From: an uncultured Actinomycetes bacterium
Lineage (GTDB): Bacteria > Actinomycetota > Geothermincolia > Fen-727 > JACVIW01
DNA: 64,000 nucleotides
Reading direction: 5' to 3'
Assembly: GCA_937127245.1 (NCBI GenBank)
Contig: CAKZLU010000029.1
Span: 67,502-131,501, forward strand
The translations under genes were made by a program, and so were the position numbers. A model generated the notes under the pieces. It was not told where the DNA came from and made no database searches. It saw only the letters and a list, made by a program, of their open reading frames with translations. Within the stretch, counting starts at the first letter, position 1; each line of letters opens with the position of its first letter. Shown one piece after another: positions 9,169 to 19,311 of this stretch.

Positions 9169-11079
9169 CTAAATCAGAGGAGAACCCTTTTCGGGTTCGT
9201 ACATGGGCTCTTCTTCTCTTTTTTCAGAGTCGGGCGGTTTGTTGAAGAATTTGTCGAACATGTCCTCAAACATTTTTTCGAGGGGACCGAGATCAAACTC
9301 CCATTCTTCCTTAAATTTTTCAAAAAATTCATTTAGTCTTTCGAAACTGTCCGAGAACGGTGGCAGGGCTTCTTCAGTCTTCGCCTCCTTTATCCAGCTT
9401 TTGTAAAGCGAATCGAATTCTTGAGCGTCTTTAGCCTCCTTCCTCAGCGAATTTACAAGATCATCGCTTTCGGCTTGCTTGAAAGTGAAATCGCGATAGT
9501 AAACGGAGAGCGCTTTAAACAGATTTTTTTCTCCCATTTTCTTTTCCAGTTCATCGAAGAAAATGGCGCCTTTGCAATATATGATTGCCGTGTACTGCAC
9601 GGTGCTTGTGAATTCATACGCAGGGGAGTCCACTGGCAGGGATCTCATCCCACCCATCAGGGAGATCCTGTATGGAGCTAATATCTGCTGTTCGAATATT
9701 CCGTCTCCTTTATCTTTTCCGTACTTGAGATAGAAGTATTTTGCCGCGAGGTAGTTTACGAGCGACTCATCTTGCCAGGGGTGAATCACAGGGTCGCTCC
9801 CGACGGATATACCGAACCATTGATGGCAAATCTCATGGGCAATCACGAACTCGAGCGTATCCAACATTATGTTTCCGCTTATTTCCCCGAACAGACTCTC
9901 GAAATCTTCAGGAAGAGACCGCTTTAGTTCTTCGTATAAGCTTTTTTCCTTCTTACCTTTTGAGGGCAGGAGAGATGAGTTGATGAAAACAAGCCCCGTG
10001 AACTCCATTCCTCCCGCGTTTCCGGAAAGAGGTGCCTCGCACAAGGTGATATTGCCGTAAGGGAGACCGCCGAATTTCAGGCGATATTCTTTTATTGCCG
10101 ATAGCGAGAAATCAGCAAGTTTAGATGCCGCATCCTTTCTATCAGCGGAGACAGAAATTTTGATTTTCGTTTCTCCCGCTTCTTTTTCGGCGATAAATCG
10201 ATTTTTTGCCACCTGAGCTCCGAAATCACGGGACATGCCGGCAGCGAAACCATAAAGCATTCTTCCCGCAACCTCCTTTTTGCTAAACTCGGAGCCCGAT
10301 GCAAGTACCGTGAATCCTTCAGGCACGTCGAGGTAGACGAGATAGTGCGCGCAAAGACTTGGTGTTCTGTCGGCGAACGCGGGAACGTTTCTTATCTGCC
10401 ACCGTCCTTTTTCGAATTTGGCAATTGCCGGAATAAAATAGCCGAGGTTGAAAACGTCACCTTTATAGCCGAAAATCCCCATGCCGGCCTCTTCATTTTC
10501 ATCTCCTGTTGCTGGCGCTCCGATTGGAGGAATGCGCTCGGTGAGGTCAAGTTTGACAAGATAAGATTCTGCCCGCTTTAGGTTAAAGGAAGGTTTGAGA
10601 AAGAGGGTTTCTTTCTCAAGCGTGAATCTCGTTGCCCGTCCGTTGATTGAAGCGGAGTTGATCCAGACGTTGTCCCTCGTGCTGCTCGAGCTTCTGTTAG
10701 GATAAACGATGAGCGCAAGCTCCTTAAGGTCTGAGCCTGTCGTGTTCGGGAATAACAGGTTCAGTTTGCAGCGGATTTTCTTTTCTTTCTCATCGAGTTT
10801 TGCTTTTACGCTGTAAAAGGGGACCGGCTTATCAGCGTTCTTCGCCCTCTTCTTACCGATCTGGGAAAGAAAATTCAGGCACAACTGTTCTTTTTCCTTG
10901 AATTGGCTTACGCTTTGAGGGAGTTCGACTGTAGGCTCGGATTTTTTGGCTCTCGTGCCGATTCCAACAAGACAGGCGAGAATAAGGACGAAAACGGCGG
11001 AAATCGTGAGTAACGCCACGGAGACAAGTGGGACCGATTTTTCAGTTTCAAGTTCTCCAGCTCTTCGGGTGCCCGACAA
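9169..11079 (-). CDS. M1-family zinc metallopeptidase (aminopeptidase N-like), N-terminally membrane-anchored
   Basis: It has the HEICHQWFG HExxH motif with a downstream WQDESLVNYLA glutamate, and a GAMEN-like GGMEF motif. The N-terminus is one hydrophobic helix (VALLTISAVFVLILACLV). Confidence 0.75.
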   Translation of the reverse strand: MSGTRRAGELETEKSVPLVSVALLTISAVFVLILACLVGIGTRAKKSEPTVELPQSVSQFKEKEQLCLNFLSQIGKKRAKNADKPVPFYSVKAKLDEKEKKIRCKLNLLFPNTTGSDLKELALIVYPNRSSSSTRDNVWINSASINGRATRFTLEKETLFLKPSFNLKRAESYLVKLDLTERIPPIGAPATGDENEEAGMGIFGYKGDVFNLGYFIPAIAKFEKGRWQIRNVPAFADRTPSLCAHYLVYLDVPEGFTVLASGSEFSKKEVAGRMLYGFAAGMSRDFGAQVAKNRFIAEKEAGETKIKISVSADRKDAASKLADFSLSAIKEYRLKFGGLPYGNITLCEAPLSGNAGGMEFTGLVFINSSLLPSKGKKEKSLYEELKRSLPEDFESLFGEISGNIMLDTLEFVIAHEICHQWFGISVGSDPVIHPWQDESLVNYLAAKYFYLKYGKDKGDGIFEQQILAPYRISLMGGMRSLPVDSPAYEFTSTVQYTAIIYCKGAIFFDELEKKMGEKNLFKALSVYYRDFTFKQAESDDLVNSLRKEAKDAQEFDSLYKSWIKEAKTEEALPPFSDSFERLNEFFEKFKEEWEFDLGPLEKMFEDMFDKFFNKPPDSEKREEEPMYEPEKGSPLI

Positions 11080-11255
11080 TTGCTCCTCCGATTACATGTT
11101 TGCCAAAAGATAGAGATTTCCTATAGATATATAACTAATCATAGACGAAAAGTGTTGATTTCTGTTCGGGTTTCTCTCATAAACGCTGAAATAGTATTTT
11201 TCCTCTGTCTAAGTTATTTGTGTTGAGGAATTGTGTCCCGGAGGGGTGATCCGTC

Positions 11256-11651
11256 GTGGATAGTTTCAAGCCCATCGGTTTTGTGGAGAACGATTTCAAG
11301 GAGATACAGCACAATCCAGACGTTTTTCGCGATACCGTCTCAAGGATAAGGATACTTGAGGAATTCGTTGAGGGAGTCTACCGCATCGATGATTTCTCGA
11401 GGCTTTACGTGATCTTCGTGTTTGATAGGGCTGAGGGATACAGGCTTAAGATACACCCCCGCGGTGATGAGAGCAAACCGTTAAGGGGTGTGTTCGCGAC
11501 CAGGTCTCCTTACCGACCGAACCCGATTGGTCTTGCCGTGGTCAGGCTTGAAGCCGTGCAAGGTAACATCTTGATTGTGAGAGACCTTGATGCGATCGAT
11601 GGAAGTCCCGTTTTGGATATCAAACCATGCGAGGACGATGTAACTTATTAG
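11256..11651 (+). CDS. TrmO/TsaA (YaeB)-family SAM-dependent tRNA methyltransferase-like protein
   Basis: The conserved RSPYRPNPIGLAVVRL segment is typical of the TsaA-like fold. It has a GTG start with a GGAGGGG RBS. Confidence 0.65.
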   Translation: MDSFKPIGFVENDFKEIQHNPDVFRDTVSRIRILEEFVEGVYRIDDFSRLYVIFVFDRAEGYRLKIHPRGDESKPLRGVFATRSPYRPNPIGLAVVRLEAVQGNILIVRDLDAIDGSPVLDIKPCEDDVTY

Positions 11652-11916
11652 AATGGAGTTCACGTCTAAGCATCAAATGAATCCGAGCACGTTAGACCCA
11701 AAGGTCGCGGGTTTCAGATAAATTGGGGTCAAGGGATTTCCTTGTCGGGCGGGTATACCGCCTGAGACGCCCAAGTCATAACCGTTTGACTTTTTGCCAT
11801 ATGGCTTTAAGCGGTAATAGAATCTTTAGACGGCAAAGAAATGCACAAGGTGGCTTTGATCCAGATTTTTCTGTCCCTAGTTGGGGATTTTTCTGGGGTT
11901 ATAGAAAGGAGAAGCC

Positions 11917-13131
11917 ATGATAAGCCTTAATAACGAAGGGATATTTTCCGTTTCTCTTGCTGCGGCCGCCGCCGTTTTCGGGGCGTATGTTTACGCTGGC
12001 CTGAAAACTCCTATTCCCGGGGAGGATATGGACGTCTCATCCGGGCTCAAGATCGAGAGACACGATTTTAGAACGGCTGACGGAGCGCTCCTTCGACTGA
12101 AACGTTACGCCAATCCTGAAGGATCACCGGTCCTTTTCTGTCACGGTTTTGAGGGGAATGGTTTTGAGTTCGACCTTCCTCGGGAAGGGCACAACATTGG
12201 AGTTTATCTCGCAAGAAGAGGATTCGACGTCTGGATTTCTTCTTTCCGGGGTTGCGGTCCCGAGCCGTACAATTCCGAATGCCCAGACTGGTCTCATTCC
12301 ATCGATCACCTCGCGATATATGACGCGCCCGCGCTCGTTGATGGAATAAAGGGCATCACTGGAAAGAAGCCTTTCTGGATAGGACACAGTATGGGAGGAA
12401 TGGTTTTATATATGTACCTTCAGGGGGTCAAGTTCGCCGGTCAAAATCAGGTCTTAAGCGATGAAGAGTTGGTCTTGAAGCACAACTCGAGCATTTCAGG
12501 GGGTGTTGCTATCGCGAGCCCGCCCGCTTTCTGGTGGCCGAGGCGCCACCCTTTCCAGGTCGCAACCCAGTCTTCCCTCGGTAGAAGCATGATTGGCGCT
12601 CTCGTGCTCGGGATGCGGGCAAGGGGGGTGTTTTTTCCGCACGTTCAGATCGGAAACGGCCTAAAGAAATTTCTTGGCGGAAGGCCGAGATTGATAAAGG
12701 CGGCATCAAGAAGTCCCCTCGGATTGCTGCTTTACTGCAGGAAGAACACCGACGCGGACACCACGACTTCGCTCATAAAATGGGCGGGCGATGATGTATC
12801 CGCCAAGATGTTTGTTCAGCTTGCCGACGGAATTTGGAATATAAATTTCCGTCAGTATTTTCCTTTGACGTTTAGAGGCGAGCCTTACGACTATACGCTC
12901 AATATGCGGCTCATCACTGCGCCCATGCTCTTCGTGACGGGGGATAAGGACTTTGCGAATCATGTGGGCATAAGAAGGTACGGGTATGACATGATATCGA
13001 CCAGCGAAAAAGATTTCGTCACCTTCCAGGGATACGGACATACAGACCTCGTGATGGGCAAGAATGTGGAGACGGAGGTATATCCGGTAATTCTGGACTG
13101 GCTAAAGAAGATAGAGGCTAAGGCAATCTAG
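11917..13131 (+). CDS. Alpha/beta-hydrolase fold lipase or esterase, N-terminal TM helix
   Basis: HGFEGNG oxyanion region, GHSMGG nucleophile elbow and a C-terminal GYGHTD histidine region. An AAAGGAGAAG RBS lies upstream. Confidence 0.7.
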   Translation: MISLNNEGIFSVSLAAAAAVFGAYVYAGLKTPIPGEDMDVSSGLKIERHDFRTADGALLRLKRYANPEGSPVLFCHGFEGNGFEFDLPREGHNIGVYLARRGFDVWISSFRGCGPEPYNSECPDWSHSIDHLAIYDAPALVDGIKGITGKKPFWIGHSMGGMVLYMYLQGVKFAGQNQVLSDEELVLKHNSSISGGVAIASPPAFWWPRRHPFQVATQSSLGRSMIGALVLGMRARGVFFPHVQIGNGLKKFLGGRPRLIKAASRSPLGLLLYCRKNTDADTTTSLIKWAGDDVSAKMFVQLADGIWNINFRQYFPLTFRGEPYDYTLNMRLITAPMLFVTGDKDFANHVGIRRYGYDMISTSEKDFVTFQGYGHTDLVMGKNVETEVYPVILDWLKKIEAKAI

Positions 13132-13266
13132 CATACGGGTTATTCTCCGATGGATTCGACAGGCGCGCCTTGCGCCTTAGTGGTTTGGAGTTGAGAGAGC
13201 TTTTCTATTGTCCCAAGGCGCTTCTCAACCTGCGGTCTTCAGTTTGGGGATTTAGGTGATTTTAAG

Positions 13267-14445
13267 ATGGAAATGGATGTGGCAATCGCTGGCGTTGGGA
13301 TGACAGACGTTGGTGTTCATGAGGGTTCGACCTGGCTCGAGCTTGCGGTAGCCGCGATAAGTGAAGCGATAGAGGATGCGGAAATCGACAAAAGCGAGAT
13401 CGAGGCTGTTTTTACCACTCCGATAGGTTACACGATAGACCAGGAAAAATTCATAGCGCAGAGATTGGCAGAATATCTGTCAATCCCGTCCCGCAGCATG
13501 GCTGAAATTGATTGCGGAGGCGCCTCTTCGCTTATCGCCGTACGTTTACTGTGCAATGAGATTTCCTCGGGTCGCATCCGAGCGGGACTTGTCTTTGCCG
13601 CGCACATTGATCTCACCCCGGAAAAAATGGCGGCTGCCTCGCAAGAGATCGTTCATCTTATCCGCATGGCTAACGGCATGTACGGGTCATATGACTCAAG
13701 ACTTGGAATGCTCTCCCCGATGCCTTATTACGCGATGTCAATTCAGCGTTACATGCATGAGTTTGACGTGGCGCCAGTTGACATCGCAAGGCTCCCGGTT
13801 CTTCTTCGCGAAAACGCGGCGAAAAATCCGAAAGCTCAGTACAAAGACCCGATAACGGTCGAGGATGTTCTTTCCTCAAAGATGCTGTGTCCGCCCATAC
13901 ATCTATTGGAATCCTGCCCTGTTTCTCATGGCGCCGGCGCCGTGGTCCTTGCAAGAGCTTCCGATGTTAAGGAGAGGGGAGTTCTGGTAATTGGTTACGG
14001 CGAAGCTCACGACGATTCCCATTTCATTCCCGCAACCAAGGATTTAAGCAGGTTTCCCGCGGTGGAACTTTCCTCGCTGGAAGCGTGCCGGGCGGCAGGA
14101 ATATCCCCGGATGACGTGGATGTCGCAGAAGTGTACGGGGCTTTCGCGGGAGTGGAGCTCATGTGTTATGAGGAACTCGGCTTCTTTGAAAGAGGACAAG
14201 CCCTGGCTGCTTTGGCGCAGGGGAAAACGGCTATCGGCGGAGATGTTGCGATAAACACGAGTGGAGGCAGGTTATCTCTGGGGCACGCGCCGTACGCGAC
14301 CCCGCTTTTTGAGATATACGAGATAACCACTCAGTTGAGAGGAGAGGCGGGGGACAGGCAGGTTAATGGCGCTAAAATTGGCCTGGTTCACGCCGAACAC
14401 GGCATGATTAACGGCAGCGCCGTGATGATTCTGGAAGGCGGTTAG
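13267..14445 (+). CDS. Thiolase-like protein (SCP-x / archaeal-type acetyl-CoA C-acyltransferase family)
   Basis: The N-terminus IAGVGMTDVG and the overall length fit the nonspecific lipid-transfer-protein-type thiolase family. A DUF35 partner gene follows immediately. Confidence 0.75.
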   Translation: MEMDVAIAGVGMTDVGVHEGSTWLELAVAAISEAIEDAEIDKSEIEAVFTTPIGYTIDQEKFIAQRLAEYLSIPSRSMAEIDCGGASSLIAVRLLCNEISSGRIRAGLVFAAHIDLTPEKMAAASQEIVHLIRMANGMYGSYDSRLGMLSPMPYYAMSIQRYMHEFDVAPVDIARLPVLLRENAAKNPKAQYKDPITVEDVLSSKMLCPPIHLLESCPVSHGAGAVVLARASDVKERGVLVIGYGEAHDDSHFIPATKDLSRFPAVELSSLEACRAAGISPDDVDVAEVYGAFAGVELMCYEELGFFERGQALAALAQGKTAIGGDVAINTSGGRLSLGHAPYATPLFEIYEITTQLRGEAGDRQVNGAKIGLVHAEHGMINGSAVMILEGG

Positions 14446-14446
14446 A

Positions 14447-14839
14447 TTGAACGGTTTTCTCTCAAATCTCGAGGACAGCGCGGCCCGCTTATTTTATGAT
14501 GAGTTGCAAAACGGCAGACTCATGACCACGAAATGCGAAAGATGCGCTCTTGTCTTCTTTCCGCCGAGAATCACATGTCCGGATTGCCTGGGCGGAGAAA
14601 TAAAATGGGTTCAGTTGTCGGGCAAAGGAACTCTTTATGCTTTCACCCAGCAGCACCAGTCCCTCGCTTTCAGAAAGCCCACCGTTGTGGGAATCGTTGA
14701 ACTGGATGACGCGCGTGGGCGGATTTTCTCGATTATTGATGTCGCTTGGGAGGAAGCAAGAATAGGGATGCGCCTGAAGGTTGATTTCTTCGATTCACCT
14801 TTCGGTTTCAAGATGCATAAGTTCCTGCCTGAAGAGTGA
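14447..14839 (+). CDS. DUF35 Zn-ribbon/OB-fold protein (thiolase partner subunit, BbsA/SCP-x-associated type)
   Basis: CERC...CPDC zinc-ribbon followed by an OB-fold-length region. It starts 1 nt after the thiolase stop. Confidence 0.7.
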   Translation: MNGFLSNLEDSAARLFYDELQNGRLMTTKCERCALVFFPPRITCPDCLGGEIKWVQLSGKGTLYAFTQQHQSLAFRKPTVVGIVELDDARGRIFSIIDVAWEEARIGMRLKVDFFDSPFGFKMHKFLPEE

Positions 14840-14920
14840 TGCGCGGGCTATATTGTCGGTATTTTCAAAATTAAGAAAGATACAAGAACTTGATTTGAGG
14901 TTTCGGCGCTCGTCATCACT

Positions 14921-16336
14921 TTACAGGGTTATTCCCTTATCTTTCATATATTTGAGCGCCGCCTTACTTGCTCCATCAATGTCATACGGCTTCAGTTTCC
15001 CCTCGATGACGAGTTCTGTAAGGTAATTTTTAACGTCGCGAATCCATGGACCCGGACCTTTTCCCGCAAGAAGCATGATGTCGTTTCCGTTTAAAGGCGA
15101 GCCAATTTTTTGGGCCCCTTCACTCGCGTTTAAGGCTTTGATTCTTTCGAGAAGTTCGTCCATGAGCGCGAGATTCTCATTCACCGTTTCATCGCCGCCT
15201 GCCAATATGTCCGCGCGCGCGAGCGCTATTACCTTCTCGAGGGGAACAAGGATTTTCTCTCCTTTCACAAGCACGCAGTCTTTGACAAGCCGACGCACGG
15301 CAGAGTCTGTCCATTCGCTTCTGTACTGGATTGGTCTCATGTGTCTTCGCACCAAAAACGCTGTCATTTCTATATCTTTATTGCTGTACCGAAGCCTGCG
15401 CATCGCATTTCTCGTTATCTCTTCACCTTTTCTTTCGTGATGGGGAAACATCACTTTCGGTTCGGTAACCATTGATGGCGGCTTTCCGATGTCATGGAAG
15501 AGAGCAGCTCTTCTGAGCAGTGGGTCCGGCTCGGTGTTGATTACGGTAAGCAGAGTGTGCTCAAAGACATTAGCCCTGTGGTAGGGGCGGGGTTGTTCAA
15601 CTCCAATCATCTGGACGATCTCCGGTACTATGAACTGCATAAGGTCAGTTTCCGCGAGCAATCTAATTCCCACGTCCGGATGAGGCGAGGTCAGTATCTT
15701 TTCAAACTCATCCCTTCTCCTTTCCCAGGATATAGTATCGAGGGCATTCGAACAGTCCTTCAGGACTCCCTTAAGACTTTCTTCGAGTTCGAATTTGAGC
15801 TTTGAGGAAAACCTCACCGCTCTCATCATCCTCAGAGGATCTTCCCTCATTCTTTCCTCGGGATTTCCCGGTGTGCGAATTATCCTTGATCTTATGTCTT
15901 CAATTCCTCCAAAGGGGTCGATGATCTCCGCGGGCTCCTGTTTCAGCTCAATGGCTATCGCGTTTATCGTGAAATCGCGTCTTGCGAGGTCTTCCACTAT
16001 GTCTGCTGCAGGCTGGACTTCGGGATGACGCGAGCCCTCTTTATATTTTTCTTTCCTGAGGGACGTTATCTCGAAGTTGTATGCGTTAGCGATTAAGCCT
16101 ATGGTGTTGAATTTTTCGCCAAGCTGATAAGTCTTGCCGAACTCGGGAAGGACGCTCTTCAAACTGTTGAAAGGCATATCTGTCGCTATGTCGATGTCCA
16201 GGGATTCCAGTCCTAACAAGAGGTCCCGAACACAGCCACCAACGAGATAAACACGTGCGCCCCGAGCTATTAAGAACTCAGCAAGCCTTAGCGCTTGGGT
16301 GGGTATTTTTTCAAGCAATTCTCTTTCGATTTTCAT
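14921..16336 (-). CDS. Class II tRNA nucleotidyltransferase (CCA-adding enzyme/poly(A) polymerase family) with C-terminal HD domain
   Basis: The N-terminal head motif is GGCVRDLLLG...DIDIAT. An HD motif follows (FHDIGK). This is the bacterial-type architecture. Confidence 0.75.
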   Translation of the reverse strand: MKIERELLEKIPTQALRLAEFLIARGARVYLVGGCVRDLLLGLESLDIDIATDMPFNSLKSVLPEFGKTYQLGEKFNTIGLIANAYNFEITSLRKEKYKEGSRHPEVQPAADIVEDLARRDFTINAIAIELKQEPAEIIDPFGGIEDIRSRIIRTPGNPEERMREDPLRMMRAVRFSSKLKFELEESLKGVLKDCSNALDTISWERRRDEFEKILTSPHPDVGIRLLAETDLMQFIVPEIVQMIGVEQPRPYHRANVFEHTLLTVINTEPDPLLRRAALFHDIGKPPSMVTEPKVMFPHHERKGEEITRNAMRRLRYSNKDIEMTAFLVRRHMRPIQYRSEWTDSAVRRLVKDCVLVKGEKILVPLEKVIALARADILAGGDETVNENLALMDELLERIKALNASEGAQKIGSPLNGNDIMLLAGKGPGPWIRDVKNYLTELVIEGKLKPYDIDGASKAALKYMKDKGITL

Positions 16337-16554
16337 TTCAGAAATATTACCATTACAAACGCTTTAAAATAGCATGCGTCAACTCAGATGCGTTTACAAA
16401 TTTCTTCGGGTTTTTCTTAGGATGGTCAAAGCTCGGAGCTCTTTAATTTTATTGATTCTTTAATCTTATTGATTTAAGTACCTCAAAAGGGCAAATATAT
16501 TACCGAATGGACGATAGGGGATTTCTAACGGGTCGTGCCGCTTGCGGGAAATGC

Positions 16555-19200
16555 CTACGCGTACTCGTATCTGTCGATTATGTCCTCCTGAATGGATTTG
16601 CCGAGATCAGTGAAATACGCGCTGTAGCCTGCTACTTTTACGACAAGGTCCCGGTATCTTTCGGGATTCTTCTGAGCGTCTTTCAGGGTTTCGCTTGAGA
16701 CTACGTTGGGCTGGATATGCATGCCGCCAAGGTCAAAATAAGTCTTAATCAGGGCGGCTATCTTCTGAACCCCTTCTTCGCTTTTCAGGCAGGAGGGATG
16801 AATCTTAACGTTCAGCGCCACTCCCCCGGAGAGTTTTGCCTGATTTATCGATGCTACAGATGAGAGGAGCGCCGTAAGACCGTTTCCGCCCCGAATAATG
16901 TTCGATGGCGATATTCCATTTGATGTGGGTTCCCCTCTTTTTCTTCCGTCGGGCGTTGCTCCAAGGTAAAATCCATCGAGCACGTGATTGCCGTAGGAGT
17001 ACATCCCCGCTCGATATCTTCCGCCCCTGACGTTCTTGTGCTTCTCGACTTCATCCACGAAGAACTTGACAATCGTCTTTGCGAGAAGGTCCGACTCTTT
17101 GTCGCCTCTACCGTATTTGTGCGGAGAGTTCAAAAGCCGCATCCGCAAATCCTCTCGTCGCTCGAAGTTGGAAAAGCAGGCGCGAACAAGCTCCTTTAAG
17201 GTAATCTCTTTCCTTTCGAAGACGAACTCGCGAACCGCCATCAGGCTGTCGACGGTCGTCCCCAGACCCCTCGCGATTATCGAGGTAAAATCATATTTTG
17301 CTCCGCCTCCGGTCATGTCCGTTGCGTTTTCAATGCAACCGTCTATGAGCGCAGAAACATATGGGGCGGGGAGCATTTCCATGTAGGCAAGGTCTTTTCC
17401 CTCGATTGCTTTTACGAGGGTAGATATGCAATGTCTCAGTTGGATCTTGAAAGCCTCAAAGAACTGGTCGAAATCCTTAAAATCTTCGGGTCTTCCGGTT
17501 TTCAAGCCTCTTTTCTGCCCGAAGATGGGCGCAGGGTATAGTCCGTTTGTCAGGGTCATGTACAGCACAGCGGGCAGGACTATTTCGTGACCGCCAGGGC
17601 AGGGAAAGCAGTTGTGTCCACCGCTTGTCTCTATGCAGCCCACGATTGTGTAGTCCCTTGCATCTTCTTTTGAAAGCCCGTTGCGTTCGAGGGCTGGAAT
17701 TATTACATCATCGTTGAAGAATGCGTGCCCGCTTGTCTTTCTGAATACCTTAACGGCGCGGTTAAGGAATTCAACTGGCGAGTCGGAGCTGATTCGCACC
17801 GAAAGCTGATTTATCGCTCCGTTCATTCTTTCATAAGCATCGAGCATAAGGTAAGAAAGCTCGTTCGTGGCGTCTGACCCATCCCTCCTCCTGCCGCCAA
17901 TAATCAGGCAGTGCTGACTTACCCCGAGGGTCGCGTTTGTCTCCGCGCCCACTTCAGGAAATAGTGAGATGTTTGCGGTAAGCTTTAAGTTCAACTCCTC
18001 AAGAATTTCAACCGCCTCTTCGATGGTTATTTCACCGTTTAGAAAATCGTTTAAGAAAAGCGGGTATAAATACTGGTCGGCTCTTCCTATGCCGAGCACA
18101 TCGTGCATGCCGTACTGAATCTCACCTACCAGTAACGCTAACCATATCGCTTGGACGCCTTCACGGAATTTTCTTGCCGGGCGTGCAGGGGAGTGCGAAA
18201 GCGTTTCCGCGATGCGTTTAAGTCTTTCAATCTCGCGTATGTCCTCCTGTGAAGATGCCATCTCGATGGCTTTTCTCCTAAGCCTTTCGGCGTATGTTGT
18301 AGCAGCTTCCATGCTGATGATTACGGCCTCGAGAAAAGCCTTCTTTTCTGTGTATGATGGATCCATTTCATCAAGTTTACCGATTCTTTCCCTTGCCCTG
18401 TCACGTATTCCGAGAAATCCTTCCAGGACCACCTTTTCAACACCGAGATGTAGATGACCCTGGACGTCATAACAATAGATGCCCATATTGGGGTTGTTTT
18501 TGGAGATCTCATCCCTTTTTTTCCAGACAAGAATCGCGCGACCGAGCGAGCGCGGTGCCGCCCCCCTTATTCCTGCCATCATTCTTAAATTCCGCTTGCC
18601 CAGATGTTTTGCGAACCGCAACATCTCGTATATCTGCCGGATGGTCCGCAGGGGATCACCTCTTACGGGCTCGATTATTCCTGACTCTGTCCATTTGTCG
18701 CCTTTGAGATCTCTTAAGGTTTTGCCTTCCCAGTAAGGGACAATCTCCTCGAGGAATACTTTCTTGTCTTCCGGATCGATATGAAACGGTCTTGCTTTGG
18801 CTGAAAGCACATCCATTTCCATTTGTAACGCCCTTAAGGAGTCGCCCCTTTCAGGGGCAATGACGGGCGATAAGAACTTGTCTGTTTTATTTCCAACTAT
18901 CCACTCATCCGGATAGATATGAACAGGCTGTTTCTCGCATGTTTCTTTCAAGGCAAGGGCGTTTCTCAAAGCGGGGTGCATTCCCTCGGTTTCCTTGTAC
19001 ACGCGCGTGAAATGTTTCGCCCTCTCAAGACATATCTCGTAAGGGGCATTTAGCAGGCGCTCTTTCAAACGCGCGATTCTCAGGCTGTCGCTTTTCAAGA
19101 GTCTTGCTCTTTCCTCAGTTATGCTCAGCAACTCTTGACCTCCCTTTTTCAACCGACCCTTCCGGTCAGATTTTCTTGTTCGGCTTTTCGTATTTGACAA
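16555..19200 (-). CDS. Glycyl radical enzyme (PFL2/glycerol dehydratase/X-succinate synthase superfamily)
   Basis: 881 aa. The C-terminal glycyl radical motif is VKVAGYSAYF. The catalytic Cys loop is IVGCIETSG. A basic N-terminal extension of about 50 aa is present. Confidence 0.85.
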   Translation of the reverse strand: MSNTKSRTRKSDRKGRLKKGGQELLSITEERARLLKSDSLRIARLKERLLNAPYEICLERAKHFTRVYKETEGMHPALRNALALKETCEKQPVHIYPDEWIVGNKTDKFLSPVIAPERGDSLRALQMEMDVLSAKARPFHIDPEDKKVFLEEIVPYWEGKTLRDLKGDKWTESGIIEPVRGDPLRTIRQIYEMLRFAKHLGKRNLRMMAGIRGAAPRSLGRAILVWKKRDEISKNNPNMGIYCYDVQGHLHLGVEKVVLEGFLGIRDRARERIGKLDEMDPSYTEKKAFLEAVIISMEAATTYAERLRRKAIEMASSQEDIREIERLKRIAETLSHSPARPARKFREGVQAIWLALLVGEIQYGMHDVLGIGRADQYLYPLFLNDFLNGEITIEEAVEILEELNLKLTANISLFPEVGAETNATLGVSQHCLIIGGRRRDGSDATNELSYLMLDAYERMNGAINQLSVRISSDSPVEFLNRAVKVFRKTSGHAFFNDDVIIPALERNGLSKEDARDYTIVGCIETSGGHNCFPCPGGHEIVLPAVLYMTLTNGLYPAPIFGQKRGLKTGRPEDFKDFDQFFEAFKIQLRHCISTLVKAIEGKDLAYMEMLPAPYVSALIDGCIENATDMTGGGAKYDFTSIIARGLGTTVDSLMAVREFVFERKEITLKELVRACFSNFERREDLRMRLLNSPHKYGRGDKESDLLAKTIVKFFVDEVEKHKNVRGGRYRAGMYSYGNHVLDGFYLGATPDGRKRGEPTSNGISPSNIIRGGNGLTALLSSVASINQAKLSGGVALNVKIHPSCLKSEEGVQKIAALIKTYFDLGGMHIQPNVVSSETLKDAQKNPERYRDLVVKVAGYSAYFTDLGKSIQEDIIDRYEYA

Positions 19201-19311
19201 GCGCTCGCGCCGGTTTTTGCACCGCTTTGTCCTTGGAGCGCGGAAGTGTCTTTTTCTTTATCGTTTCGCCCGGTTTCCCGCTGAATTTTGAATCTCGAGG
19301 TGGGAGGTTTG

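Noticed and set aside
11723-11920. 65-aa ORF in the trmO-hydrolase intergenic region
   Set aside because: It has no RBS and an Arg/Gly-rich low-complexity translation, and overlaps the RBS of the downstream hydrolase. It is likely non-coding.
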